Program-made: the position numbers and the translations under genes
Shown here: piece by piece, positions 25,360-35,600 of the stretch
Numbering within the stretch: position 1 is the stretch's first letter
Layout: the number at the start of each line of letters is the position of its first letter
The notes under the pieces: generated by a model
Told to the model about the DNA's origin: nothing
The model's input: only the letters and a program-made list of their open reading frames with translations
Databases searched by the model: none
Assembly (NCBI GenBank): GCA_036504355.1
Contig: DASXVG010000134.1
Location: 7,517-71,516 of the forward strand
Reading direction: 5' to 3'
DNA: 64,000 nt
Source of the DNA: Candidatus Limnocylindrales bacterium
GTDB lineage: Bacteria; Chloroflexota; Limnocylindria; Limnocylindrales; CSP1-4

Positions 25360-26483
25360 TTCTCCACGCCGGTGATGACGACGCCCCGGATGAACACCCG
25401 CTGGAAGATCAGGAACAGGATGACCGGGATCACCATCGTCATGAGCGTCCCCGCCTGCACGTACGCCGGGTTCCGGTAGTGGATCCCGTTGAACCGCTGC
25501 AAGCCGACCGCGAGCGGCTGGAGCTCGGGCTTCGTCGAGAGGTAGATCAGCGGCCCGAAGAAGTCGTTCCAGGAGTAGACGAGGTGGAAGATCGCGACCG
25601 CGACGATGACGGGCCATGCCTGCGGCAGGATGACCGAGGTCAGGGTCCGGAACGGGCCGGCGCCGTCGATCGCCGCCGCCTCGTCCATCTCGCGCGGGAT
25701 GGTGAGCATGTACTGGCGGAGCAGGAACACGTCGTACGCGTTGGCGAAGAACGTCGGCACCAGCAGCGGCAGCCACGTCCCCACCCAGCCGAGCTTCGCG
25801 AACATGGTGTACGTCGGCACGATCGTCACCGCGGCCGGCAGGAAGATCGTGGCGATCAGGATGATGAACAGGAGCGACCGCCCCGGGAACCGAAAGCGTG
25901 CGAACCCGTACGCCACGAGCGTGCACGAGACGATCGTCCCGACCATCCCGATGAGCGCGATCAGGATCGTGTTGAGGAGCAGCCGCGGGAAGTCGATGAG
26001 CTCCCACACGTCGGTGTAGTTCTGCCAGGCGGGCGCGAGGATCCACGCCCGGTCGAGCGTCCGCCAGGAGCCGTCCCACGAGACGGGCGGCGCGGCCGCG
26101 TTCGCCGGGTCGATGAACTGGCTCTGCTGGCGGCCGGGCTTGAGCAGCGCGAGCGTCCGGTTCGTCCCGTCGATCGGCACCACGTAGACGTCCAGATCCC
26201 TGCCCTCGAACGAGAACGTCTCGGGTACGGATGGCAGGAACGGCGCGTTTGTCTCCGACAGCTGGTCGGGGGTCTTGAGCGAGACCAGCACGGAGCGCAG
26301 GATCGGCGACAGGAACGCGGCGAGGACCACGACGACGACGAACGTCAGCGCGAACGACGTGGCGGCATCGCGCGGACGGCGCGGGCGGTGTGGCCGCGGG
26401 AGGCGCAGGGCGCGGATGCGCGACGCGCGGGAGGGATGGGGCCTCGGCGCCAGGTCCTGGAGCCGGTCCGGGGTGGTGTCCAT
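25356..26483 (-). CDS. carbohydrate ABC transporter permease (MalG-like, long periplasmic loop)
   Basis: 375 aa. EAA-type loop EMDEAAAIDGAGPFRTLTSVILP. Confidence 0.85.
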   Translation of the reverse strand: MDTTPDRLQDLAPRPHPSRASRIRALRLPRPHRPRRPRDAATSFALTFVVVVVLAAFLSPILRSVLVSLKTPDQLSETNAPFLPSVPETFSFEGRDLDVYVVPIDGTNRTLALLKPGRQQSQFIDPANAAAPPVSWDGSWRTLDRAWILAPAWQNYTDVWELIDFPRLLLNTILIALIGMVGTIVSCTLVAYGFARFRFPGRSLLFIILIATIFLPAAVTIVPTYTMFAKLGWVGTWLPLLVPTFFANAYDVFLLRQYMLTIPREMDEAAAIDGAGPFRTLTSVILPQAWPVIVAVAIFHLVYSWNDFFGPLIYLSTKPELQPLAVGLQRFNGIHYRNPAYVQAGTLMTMVIPVILFLIFQRVFIRGVVITGVEK

Positions 26484-26489
26484 GGCCGC

Positions 26490-27440
26490 CTACCGCTCGC
26501 CGGCGTAGTAGACCCAGCGCCGCGACGTCCGGAAGACGATGAGCGCGGTGACCAGGGTGACCGCGAACAGGAGCCAGGCGAGCGTCGCGCCGTAGGCCAT
26601 GTTCTGGTAGGTGAAGAAGTTCTTGTACAGGTAGAGGTTGAAGAACAGCGTCGAGCCGCCGGGCTCGCCGGTTCCGTTGTTGATCACCAGCGGCACCAGG
26701 AAGTACTGGAGCACCTCCACGATCCCCAGCACGAGCGTGTAGAAGATGACCGGCGACATCATCGGCAGGGTCACGTTGCGCAGCGACCCCCACCACCCGG
26801 CGCCGTCGATCTTCGCGGCGTCATAGAGCTCGGTCGGGATGCCCCGCAGGCCGGCGAGGTTGACGATGATCCCGGCGCCGATCCCCCACACCCCGATGAA
26901 CACCAGCGCCGGGTAGATGAACGCCGTGTCGTTGAGCCAGTTGGGCGGGTTCTCGACGCCCGTGAACCGCAGGAACCCGTTGATCCACCCGGTCTCGAGG
27001 TTGAGCATCCCCTGCCAGATGAGCACGCCCGAGACGAACGGGATGACGTACGGCAGGAAGAACAGGACCCGGAACACGCCGGGACCCTTGAGGTACACGC
27101 TGTTGAGGGCGAGCGCGAACATGAACGGCAGGATGAGCGCGACCGGAAGCTGGAGCAGCGCGAACCGGAGGGTCACTCCCAGCGAGTCCCATGTCTGCGA
27201 GTCTCCGATGAGCGTCTGCCAGTTGTGCAGTCCCACGAACTGGAGCGGCACCTCCTGGGCGAGGTTGATGTTGGTGAACGTGAACACGAGCGACGCCACC
27301 ATCGGCGCGAGCGTGAACACGAGGAACCCGACGATCCAGGGCAGGAGGAACAGGTAGCCCCAGCGCGCCTCGCGCCAGGCGAGCGGCGACATGCGCAGCG
27401 CCGATGGCGACCAGCGGTGCCGTCGGGCGGGGTTGTGCAT
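26490..27440 (-). CDS. carbohydrate ABC transporter permease (MalF-like)
   Basis: 316 aa. EAA-type loop ELYDAAKIDGAGWWGSLRNVTLP. Confidence 0.85.
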   Translation of the reverse strand: MHNPARRHRWSPSALRMSPLAWREARWGYLFLLPWIVGFLVFTLAPMVASLVFTFTNINLAQEVPLQFVGLHNWQTLIGDSQTWDSLGVTLRFALLQLPVALILPFMFALALNSVYLKGPGVFRVLFFLPYVIPFVSGVLIWQGMLNLETGWINGFLRFTGVENPPNWLNDTAFIYPALVFIGVWGIGAGIIVNLAGLRGIPTELYDAAKIDGAGWWGSLRNVTLPMMSPVIFYTLVLGIVEVLQYFLVPLVINNGTGEPGGSTLFFNLYLYKNFFTYQNMAYGATLAWLLFAVTLVTALIVFRTSRRWVYYAGER

Positions 27441-27555
27441 CGGGTCCTCGGGTTCGATTGTCGCTGTTCGTGGGCCGCCTGCGCGTGCGGCGCCCGGCGC
27501 CCGCGCCCCGCCGGGTACCGTGTCCCGGCGGGGCGTCCGTGTCAGGCCGCGGGGC

Positions 27556-29001
27556 CTACTGCTTGTCCCAGATCGCCTGGATCTCGGTGCGCAGCTGCTC
27601 GAACTCCGCGTTCATGTCCAGCCCCTGGTCCGTCTGCCACTTGGTCGTGAACTTGCCGCCCGACCCGACGAGGCCGAGGGTCTCGTTGTAGGCGGGCATG
27701 TACGCCTCGAAGTTCGGATTGTCCGCGAACTGGATGCTGTCGATCGCGACCTGCCAGTCCGGCTTCTGGGTGAACGTCTTGTCCTGGCCGGCGAAGAAGG
27801 CGTCCTGGTCCGCGGTCCGGGCGGGCATGCCGCCGTACGTCGCGAGCAGGTCGGGGGCCCCGTCACCCAGGAGGTACGTCAGGACCTCGAACGCCTCGTT
27901 GGGGTGCTTGGTGTCCTTGAGGATGCGGAACGTGTCCGCGTTGAACGCGGACGTGGTGGTCCCGTTGTACGACGGCAGCGCGCCCATGTCCCAGTCGCCC
28001 TTGAGGCCCTCGAGCCCGTAGGTGGACCACAGGAAGTTCGCGCTCATCGCGATCTTGCCGGTGAAGAACGGGTAGTCCTCGGGGTTGATGTCCGGGCTGC
28101 TGAACACGGGGCCGGTCATCGAGAAGTGGTCCGTCCACATGGCGTCGTACCAGAACTGCCACGAGGCCTTCCACGCGTCCGGGATCTGGGCTGTCTTGCC
28201 GTCCGCGGCCGCCAGCGACCCGGCGCCGAAGTAGGCGCCCATGCCCCGCAGGTCGTCGCGCTGCGGCTCGAAGCCCCACTGCACGATGTTCTTGGCGTCG
28301 AAGCCGGCCTGCGTCGCGTCCTTGCCCGCCTTGTCGACGGTCAGGAGCTTTGCGACCTGCTTGATCGTGTCGTACGTCCAGTCGACCTGGGAGCCGTCGG
28401 GCATCGTGTACTTGGCGCCGTACTGGTGCGGCGGCTCGGCGAGCCCTGCCTCCGCGAACAGGCTCTTGGTGTAGAACAGGACCGACGGGTAGATCGCAAA
28501 CGGGATCCCGACCTGGCCCTCGTCGAGCTTGTAGATGTTGACCGCGTCGGGCGGGAAGCCGGACAGGTCGTAGCCCGAGCTGGCGATGAGCGGCGCGAGG
28601 TCCAGCCACTGGCCGTGGAAGGCGTTCGCGCCGCCGATGCCCACGGGCCCGACGATGTCCGGCCCGTTGCCCGAGGCGATCTCCGTGGCGAGGGCGTCGT
28701 TTGCCCCGGCGTAGGGCACGGCCTCGAAGGTGACGTGGATGTTCGGATGGCTCGCGTTGAACGCGTCGACCACCTGCTTCTCGACGGTGACCTGCTCGGG
28801 GGCATCGCCGCCGCCGAGACAGCAGTACCACCGGATCTCCGTGACGCCCGCAGCCGCGGATGCCGGTTCCGAGGCCGGTGCGCTCGCGACGCTCGACGGC
28901 TCGCTGCCACCCGACGGGGCGGTCGTCGGCGTGGTCCCGCCGCAGGCGCCGGCGACGAGCGCCAGCACCCCCATCGCGGCGAAGGCTCGGATCGCTCGCA
29001 T
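27556..29001 (-). CDS. ABC transporter extracellular sugar-binding lipoprotein
   Basis: 481 aa. Lipoprotein signal MRAIRAFAAMGVLALVAGACGG. Family-1 SBP-like composition. Confidence 0.85.
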   Translation of the reverse strand: MRAIRAFAAMGVLALVAGACGGTTPTTAPSGGSEPSSVASAPASEPASAAAGVTEIRWYCCLGGGDAPEQVTVEKQVVDAFNASHPNIHVTFEAVPYAGANDALATEIASGNGPDIVGPVGIGGANAFHGQWLDLAPLIASSGYDLSGFPPDAVNIYKLDEGQVGIPFAIYPSVLFYTKSLFAEAGLAEPPHQYGAKYTMPDGSQVDWTYDTIKQVAKLLTVDKAGKDATQAGFDAKNIVQWGFEPQRDDLRGMGAYFGAGSLAAADGKTAQIPDAWKASWQFWYDAMWTDHFSMTGPVFSSPDINPEDYPFFTGKIAMSANFLWSTYGLEGLKGDWDMGALPSYNGTTTSAFNADTFRILKDTKHPNEAFEVLTYLLGDGAPDLLATYGGMPARTADQDAFFAGQDKTFTQKPDWQVAIDSIQFADNPNFEAYMPAYNETLGLVGSGGKFTTKWQTDQGLDMNAEFEQLRTEIQAIWDKQ

Positions 29002-29040
29002 GTGCTCCTCCTCCGGGCTCGGGACCGTCGGTCGCGGCGG

Positions 29041-29853
29041 TCAGCTGTTGCTCGTGATGGTCCGCGCGCCGGGTCCGGCGGCGCCCGATGCCGTCATGCC
29101 GGTGTGCGGACTCGAGCGGATGACGACCCGCTCCACGTAGTAGCGCGTCCGGTCGCCCCGGACGTAGGAGCGCGCGAACTCCACGGGCTGACCGTCCCGG
29201 TCGAACGCCACGCCCTCGATGAGCAGCGCCGGCCGATGCGGCTCCACGCCCAGCAGCTGCGCCTCACGCGCGGGAAGCGCGATCGGCTCGAGCGCCTCGC
29301 GGGCGCGCACGACCTGCGTGTCGTAGCGCTCGGTGAGGAGCTCGTACAGGGAGCCGTGCTCCAGGTCGCTTGCCGGCAGGCCCGGGAAGCGGGCCTCGGG
29401 CAGGAACACCTGCTCCAGCAGGAGCGGCTCGCCGTCGGCCATGCGCAGCCGCTCGAGGTGGACGACCGACGCCCCCACGGCGATCCCCAGCGCCTCGGCC
29501 ACGACGAGCTCCGCGGCCAGGGTGCGCGCCGCGACGACCCTCGTCGACGGGTCGTGACCCAGGTGGTGGAGCTCTTCCGTGAACGACAGCGTGCCGTCGA
29601 GGTCGAGGAGGATCGGCGGGCGCGACACGAACGTCCCCCGGCCCCGCGAGCGCTCGATGCGCCGCTCCCGGGCGAGGTCTCCGAGCGCGCGACGGATCGT
29701 GATCAGGCTGCACCCGTACCGCTCCGCGAGCTCGCGCTCCGGCGGGACACGCTCGCCCGGCCTCCACTCGCCCGCCTCGAGGGCGGCACGCAGGTCGAGG
29801 TAGACCTGGTGGTGGAGCGGGATCGGACCCGAGAGAAGCCGGAACCGTGCCAT
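29041..29853 (-). CDS. GntR/HutC-family regulator with UTRA domain
   Basis: HTH segment PPERELAERYGCSLITIRRALGDLARERRIERSRGRGTFV, followed by a UTRA-like C-terminal half. Confidence 0.85.
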   Translation of the reverse strand: MARFRLLSGPIPLHHQVYLDLRAALEAGEWRPGERVPPERELAERYGCSLITIRRALGDLARERRIERSRGRGTFVSRPPILLDLDGTLSFTEELHHLGHDPSTRVVAARTLAAELVVAEALGIAVGASVVHLERLRMADGEPLLLEQVFLPEARFPGLPASDLEHGSLYELLTERYDTQVVRAREALEPIALPAREAQLLGVEPHRPALLIEGVAFDRDGQPVEFARSYVRGDRTRYYVERVVIRSSPHTGMTASGAAGPGARTITSNS

Positions 29854-29878
29854 GCGCGTCGCCGTTGCCCTCTTGCGG

Positions 29879-29915
29879 TGGACGAGCGTGCTGCTAAGGT
29901 TATAAGCAATCTGTC
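29879..29915. promoter_or_regulatory. AT-rich divergent promoter/operator patch between GntR and GH4 genes
   Basis: TGGACG-N16-TATAAG on the plus strand (29879-29906). Near-palindrome GGTTATAAGC at 29898-29907 resembles the GT-N-TA-N-AC type of HutC operators. This is the only AT-rich island in the cluster. Confidence 0.45.
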
Positions 29916-29954
29916 AAGGGTCCGCAACGGACCGGCAGGCACGAGGACTGCGCG

Positions 29955-31241
29955 ATGGGCCTCAAGGTCGCGGTGGTCGGCGGCGGGAGCACCTACACGC
30001 CGGAGCTGGTCGAGGGGTTCGCGCGCCGCGCCGGCGTCCTGCCCATCGACGAGCTCGTGCTCATGGACCCGGATGCTGCGCGCCTCGACGTCGTCGGCGG
30101 TCTTGCGGGGCGCATCCTGCGCCGTCACGGGTGGCCGGGCCGCCTCGTGCTGACCCAGGACCGAAGCGCGGCCCTCGACGGCGCCGCCTTCACGCTGGTC
30201 CAGCTGCGGGTCGGCGGGCAGGCGGCGCGGCTCGTCGACGAGACGCTCCCCCATCGCTTCGGTGCCATCGGCCAGGAGACGACCGGGCCGGGCGGCTTCG
30301 CGAAGGCGCTGCGCACCGTGCCGCTCGTGCTCGAGATCGCCGAGGAGGCGGCCGCTCGTGGCGCCGCAGGATCGTGGCTGCTCGACTTCACCAACCCGGT
30401 GGGAGTCGTGACCCAGGCGCTCGCCGACGCGGGGCATCGCGCGATCGGCCTGTGCAACGTGGCGATCGGGTTCCAGCGGGAGTTCGCCAGGCACTTCGGC
30501 GTCGCGCCCGAGGCCGTCCGGCTCGACCACGTGGGGCTCAACCACCTGTCCTGGATCCGGGCGGTCTTCGTGGACGGCGTCGACCGGCTGCCGGCGATGC
30601 TCGCCGAGGGCGGCGACATCGCCACCGCCGGCGGATCGTTCCCGATCGAGCTCGTGCGTGCGCTGGGTGCGATCCCGTCGTACTACCTGCACTACTACTA
30701 TGCGACCGGCGAGGCGCTGGCCGAGCAGCGGGCCGGCCTCAACCGCGCCCGCGATGTGATGGCGATCGAGGAGGAGCTGCTCGAGCTCTATCGTGATCCG
30801 ACCCTCGACCGGAAACCGGAGCTCCTCGAGCGGCGCGGCGGCGCGTGGTACAGCGAGGCGGCCGCGGCCCTCATCCAGTCGCTCCACACGGGCGACGGCG
30901 CGGTCCACGTCGTCGACATCCGCAACGACGGCGCGATCCCCAACCTCCCCGACGACGCGGTGGTGGAGCTGTCGGCGCGGATCGACCGAGACGGCGCGCA
31001 CGCCCTGCCCACGACGCCGCTCGCGCCCGAGCTGCTGGGGCTCGTCGAGCACGTCAAGGCATACGAGCGCCTGACGATCACGGCGGCGCTCTCGGGCGAC
31101 GACGAGGACGCGTTCCGCGCCCTCCTCGCAAACCCGCTCGTCCCCGGCGCCGCGGCCGCGGAGCAGCTGCGGGACGCACTCATCGAGGCGAACCTCCAGT
31201 ACCTGCCGCGGTTCGTGGCCGCGGGCCGGTCCCGTGGCTGA
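29955..31241 (+). CDS. GH4 family 6-phospho-beta-glucosidase (ChbF/CelF-like)
   Basis: N-terminus MGLKVAVVGGGSTYTPEL is an NAD-binding motif. Also contains GLCNVAIG and typical GH4 length. Confidence 0.85.
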   Translation: MGLKVAVVGGGSTYTPELVEGFARRAGVLPIDELVLMDPDAARLDVVGGLAGRILRRHGWPGRLVLTQDRSAALDGAAFTLVQLRVGGQAARLVDETLPHRFGAIGQETTGPGGFAKALRTVPLVLEIAEEAAARGAAGSWLLDFTNPVGVVTQALADAGHRAIGLCNVAIGFQREFARHFGVAPEAVRLDHVGLNHLSWIRAVFVDGVDRLPAMLAEGGDIATAGGSFPIELVRALGAIPSYYLHYYYATGEALAEQRAGLNRARDVMAIEEELLELYRDPTLDRKPELLERRGGAWYSEAAAALIQSLHTGDGAVHVVDIRNDGAIPNLPDDAVVELSARIDRDGAHALPTTPLAPELLGLVEHVKAYERLTITAALSGDDEDAFRALLANPLVPGAAAAEQLRDALIEANLQYLPRFVAAGRSRG

Positions 31242-32232
31242 GCCGTTCGTCCCGGCGCCGGGCCGCTACGGGGACATGACGTACCGGCGCGCGGGCCGCA
31301 GCGGGCTGCAGCTGCCGGTCGTCTCGCTCGGGCTGTGGCACAACTTCGGCGACGAGACCCCGTTCGAGACGCAGCGTGCCGTGTGGCGACGCGCCTTCGA
31401 CCTCGGGGTCGTGCACTTCGACCTCGCCAACAACTACGGGGTGCCGGCGGGCTCCGCCGAGACGAACGTCGGCGGGGCGCTGGCGACGGACCTCGCGCCG
31501 TACCGCGACGAGCTCGTGATCTCGTCCAAGGCGGGCTGGGACATGTGGCCGGGCCCGTACGGGGAGTACAACGGGCGCAAGCACCTGCTCGCGAGCCTCG
31601 ATCAGAGCCTGCGCCGGCTCGGGCTGGAGTACGTGGACATCTTCTACTCGCACCGGCCCGATCCCGGGACGCCGCTCGAGGAGACGATGGGCGCGCTCGA
31701 CACGGCCGTGCGCTCCGGGCGCGCGCTGTACGCCGGGATCTCGTCCTACGAGCCCGGGATGACCCGCGACGCGGTCGCGATCATGCGCGCCCTCGGGACG
31801 CCGCTGCTGGTGCACCAGCCGTCGTACTCGATGCTCGACCGGTGGGTCGAGGACGAGCTGCTCGAGGTGCTCGACGAGGCCGGGATGGGCTGTGTCGTGT
31901 TCTCGCCGCTCGCGCAGGGGCAGCTCAGCGACCGGTATCTGGCGGGGATTCCCGCGGGCTCGCGCGCGACGTGGTCCCGGTTCCTGGATGCGGACGAGGT
32001 CGAGGCCAACCTGCCGGCCGTGCGGCGCCTGGCCGAGGTTGCCGCGGGGCGCGGCCAGCCGCTCGCGGAGATGGCGCTGTCGTGGATCCTGCGCGACCCG
32101 CGGATCACGACGGTCCTCGCGGGCGCGAGCGCCGTCGGGCAGCTGGAGGCGAACGTGCGGGCGGCGAGCGCTCCCGGGTTCGCGGCCGACGAGCTCGCCC
32201 GCATCGACGAGATCCTCGCAACCGGGGCGTAA
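31234..32232 (+). CDS. aldo/keto reductase (YghZ/Tas-like)
   Basis: 332 aa. Contains GLWHNFG, HFDLANNYG and IFYSHRPD. Overlaps the GH4 stop by 8 nt. Confidence 0.85.
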   Translation: MAEPFVPAPGRYGDMTYRRAGRSGLQLPVVSLGLWHNFGDETPFETQRAVWRRAFDLGVVHFDLANNYGVPAGSAETNVGGALATDLAPYRDELVISSKAGWDMWPGPYGEYNGRKHLLASLDQSLRRLGLEYVDIFYSHRPDPGTPLEETMGALDTAVRSGRALYAGISSYEPGMTRDAVAIMRALGTPLLVHQPSYSMLDRWVEDELLEVLDEAGMGCVVFSPLAQGQLSDRYLAGIPAGSRATWSRFLDADEVEANLPAVRRLAEVAAGRGQPLAEMALSWILRDPRITTVLAGASAVGQLEANVRAASAPGFAADELARIDEILATGA

Positions 32233-32361
32233 GCGCGGTCCACCACGCGCGCCGCTTCTTCCCGATCGACGCCGCCCCCTGGATCGCACGGCGTTCCCGA
32301 GAGCGCTGGCAGCCATCGTCTGGAGCTCGGGGCGATCCAGCTGATCCCGGTTGTCGTCCGA

Positions 32362-32433
32362 TGGAACGCCTCGTGTTCCAGCTGGCGGTACGCGCCGCTG
32401 GCTGGAACGCCCGACGATCCACCGGGTCCCGGC
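32362..32433. repeat. quasi-palindromic dispersed repeat, copy B
   Basis: Sequence TGGAACGCCTCGTGTTCCAGCTGGCGG...GCTGGAACGC...TCCACCGGGT. Partner of 23609..23680. The same locus contains GGTCCACC (32227-32234) and CCCCCTGGATCG (32275-32286). Confidence 0.6.
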
Positions 32434-32671
32434 GCGGGCGAAGTGTGACCGGGAGACAGGCGCGGCCCCTCGCCGCGGGCCATTCGGCCCCCAATGGCAT
32501 GGATTCCCGTGACCCGTTGGCCGCGACCATGGGCCTGTTCGCCCACGGCCCGGGCCGAGCGCACGCGCACACTTGCCGGGAACGAGTCCGCCGAACGGCG
32601 GCGTCCCATCGATACCCCCGTCGCCACGCGAGCACGGGTGGTCGCGCCACCCGAAAGGACGCAGAGCCACG

Positions 32672-35600
32672 ATGACAGCGCACTGGGAATGCCTCGACGG
32701 CAACGAGGCGGCCGCTCGGGTCGCCTACGCCATGAGCGAGGTGATCTCCATCTACCCGATCACCCCGGCCTCGGGGATGGCGGAGTACTGCGACGACTGG
32801 TCGGCCGCGCAGCGGCCCAACCTGTGGGGCGCGGTGCCGACCGTGATCGAGATGCAGTCCGAAGCCGGCGCCGCGGGCGCGGTCCACGGCTCGCTGCAGA
32901 AGGGCGCGCTCACGACGACGTTCACGGCGTCGCAGGGCCTGCTGCTCATGATCCCCAACATGTTCAAGATCGCCGGCGAGCTCACGCCGGCCGTGATCCA
33001 CGTCGCGGCTCGCACCCTCGCAACGCACGCGCTCTCGATCTTCGGCGACCACAGCGACGTCATGCATGCCCGCGCGACGGGCTGGGCGCTCCTGTCCGCC
33101 GGCTCGGTCCAGGAGGCGCACGACTTCGCGCTCGTGGCCCACGCGGCGACCCTCCGCGCTCGCGTCCCGTTCCTGCACTTCTTCGACGGCTTCCGCACCA
33201 GCCACGAGGTCAACAAGATCTCGGTCCTCGACGCGGACGACATGCGCGCGCTCATCCGCGAGGACGACCTGCTCGCGTTCCGCCGGCGCGGCCTCACCTC
33301 CGAGGCGCCCGTCGTGCGCGGCACGGCCCAGAACCCGGACGTGTTCTTCCAGGCCCGGGAAGCATGCAACCCGTTCCACGATGCCGTCCCCGGCATCGTC
33401 CAGGAGGTGTTCGACGAGCTCGCGACCCGCACCGGGCGCCAGTACCGGCTCGTGGAGTATCACGGCGCGCGCGACGCGGAGCGCGTCGTCGTGATCATGG
33501 GCTCGGGCGCGGGTGCCGTCCGCGAGACCGTCGACACGATGATCGCCGCGGGCGAGAAGGTCGGCGTCGTCACGGTCCGGCTGTTCCAGCCGTTCCCCGC
33601 GGCCGAGCTCCTCGCCGCCCTCCCGAAGACGGTCCGCTCCATCGCGGTCCTCGACCGCACCAAGGAGCCGGGGGCCGTCGGCGAGCCGATGTACCAGGCG
33701 GTCGTGACCGCGCTCACCGAGGCGATGGACGGCGACGAGCCGCCGTTCGCCACGGCGCCGCGGGTCATCGGCGGCCGCTACGGCCTGTCCTCGAAGGAGT
33801 TCACGCCGTCGATGATCAAGCCGGTCTACGACGAGCTGCTCGCCGCGAAGCCGAAGCGCCACTTCACCGTCGGCATCTACGACGACGTGACCCGGCTCAG
33901 CCTCCCGATCGCCACGACGTTCCGCCAGCCCCGCCCCGCGGGCGAGGTCCAGGCGCTGTTCTTCGGCCTCGGCTCGGACGGCACCGTCGGCGCCAACAAG
34001 GCGTCGGTCAAGATCATCGGCGAGGGCACGGACCTGTTCGCGCAGGGCTACTTCGTGTACGACTCCAAGAAGTCGGGCTCGGTGACCTCGTCCCACCTTC
34101 GCTTCGGCCCCTCGCCGATCCACTCGTCCTACCTCGTGGACAACGCGGACTTCGTCGCCTGTCACCAGTTCGGCCTGCTCCAGAGCGTCCGGATGCTCGA
34201 CCGCGCGAAGCACGGCGCCACGTTCCTGCTCAACTCGCCGTACGAGGCGGACGAGGTCTGGGAGCACCTCCCGGCCGAGGTCCGGCACCAGCTCGTCGAC
34301 AAGCAGATCAACCTGTGGATCATCGACGCGATGACGGTCGCCGCCGAGACCGGCATGGGCAACCGGATCAACACGATCATGCAGCCGTGCTTCTTCCACC
34401 TCTCGGGCGTGCTGCCCGCCGAGGACGCGATCGCGCGGATCAAGGCGTTCGTGAAGAAGAGCTACGCGAAGCGCGGCGACGCGGTGGTCCAGCGCAACTT
34501 CGCCGCGATCGACCGCTCGCTCGAGCGGCTCCACCGCGTGCCCCTGGGCCCGGTCGGCGACGCCCTCCCGATGCGCGCCCTGGTCCCGGACACCGTTCCC
34601 GACTTCATCCGCGAGGTGACCGCCCGGCTCATGGCCGGCGACGGCGATCTCCTCCCGGTGTCGGCACTGCCCGTCGACGGCACGTTCCCGAGCGGCACGA
34701 CGAAGTACGAGAAGCGCGCGATCGCGCCCCAGATCCCGATCTGGGACCAGGCGATCTGCATCGACTGCGGCAAGTGCGCCATCGTCTGCCCCCACGCATC
34801 GATCCGGATGAAGGTCTATCCCGAGGAGGCCACCCCGGCCCTCGCCGGCTTCCCGTCCAAGGAGTTCAAGTCGCGCGACCTCCCGGGCCACCGGATCACG
34901 ATCCAGGTCGCGCCCGACGACTGCACGGGCTGCGGCGTGTGCGTCGACGTCTGCCCGGCCAAGAGCAAGACCGACGTCGGCCACAAGGCCATCAACATGG
35001 CGCCGTACCTCGAGCACCGAGACGTCGAGCGCGTCCGCTGGGACGAGTTCGCCGCGATCGCGCCGCTCGACCGGGCGGCCATCCCCCACGACACGGTCAA
35101 GGGCGCGGCGCAGCTCGAGCCCCTGTTCGAGTTCAGCGGTGCCTGCGCGGGCTGCGGCGAGACGCCGTACCTGCGGCTGGTGACCCAGCTGTTCGGCGAC
35201 CGGATGATCGTGGCCAACGCCACCGGCTGCTCCTCGATCTACGGGGCCAACCTGCCGACCACGCCGTGGACCAAGAACGCGCAGGGCCGCGGTCCGGCAT
35301 GGGCCAACAGCCTGTTCGAGGACAACGCGGAGTTCGGCCTCGGGATGCGGCTCGCCCTCGACGCGCAGACGTCGTTCGCACAGCAGCTGCTCACCCGGCT
35401 CGCGCCGGTCGTTGGCGAGGACCTCGTCCGCGAGATCCTCGACGCGCCGCAGGCGACCGAGCCCGAGATCGTCGCCCAGCGCGAGCGAGTGGACCGCCTC
35501 CGGGCCGTCCTCGAGACCGTGACCGGCGACGGGGCGGCGGACGCGCGCCAGCTCATGACGCTCACGACGGATCTGGTCCGCCAGGGCGTGTGGATCATCG

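Noticed and set aside
32361-32675. 104-codon ORF ending in an ATGA overlap with the PFOR start.
   Set aside because: The translation (MERLVFQLAVRAAGWNARRSTGSRRGRSV...) is Arg-rich with no motif. G/C at third positions is only moderately elevated compared with real genes here. The start lies inside the palindromic repeat. I treat it as non-coding.
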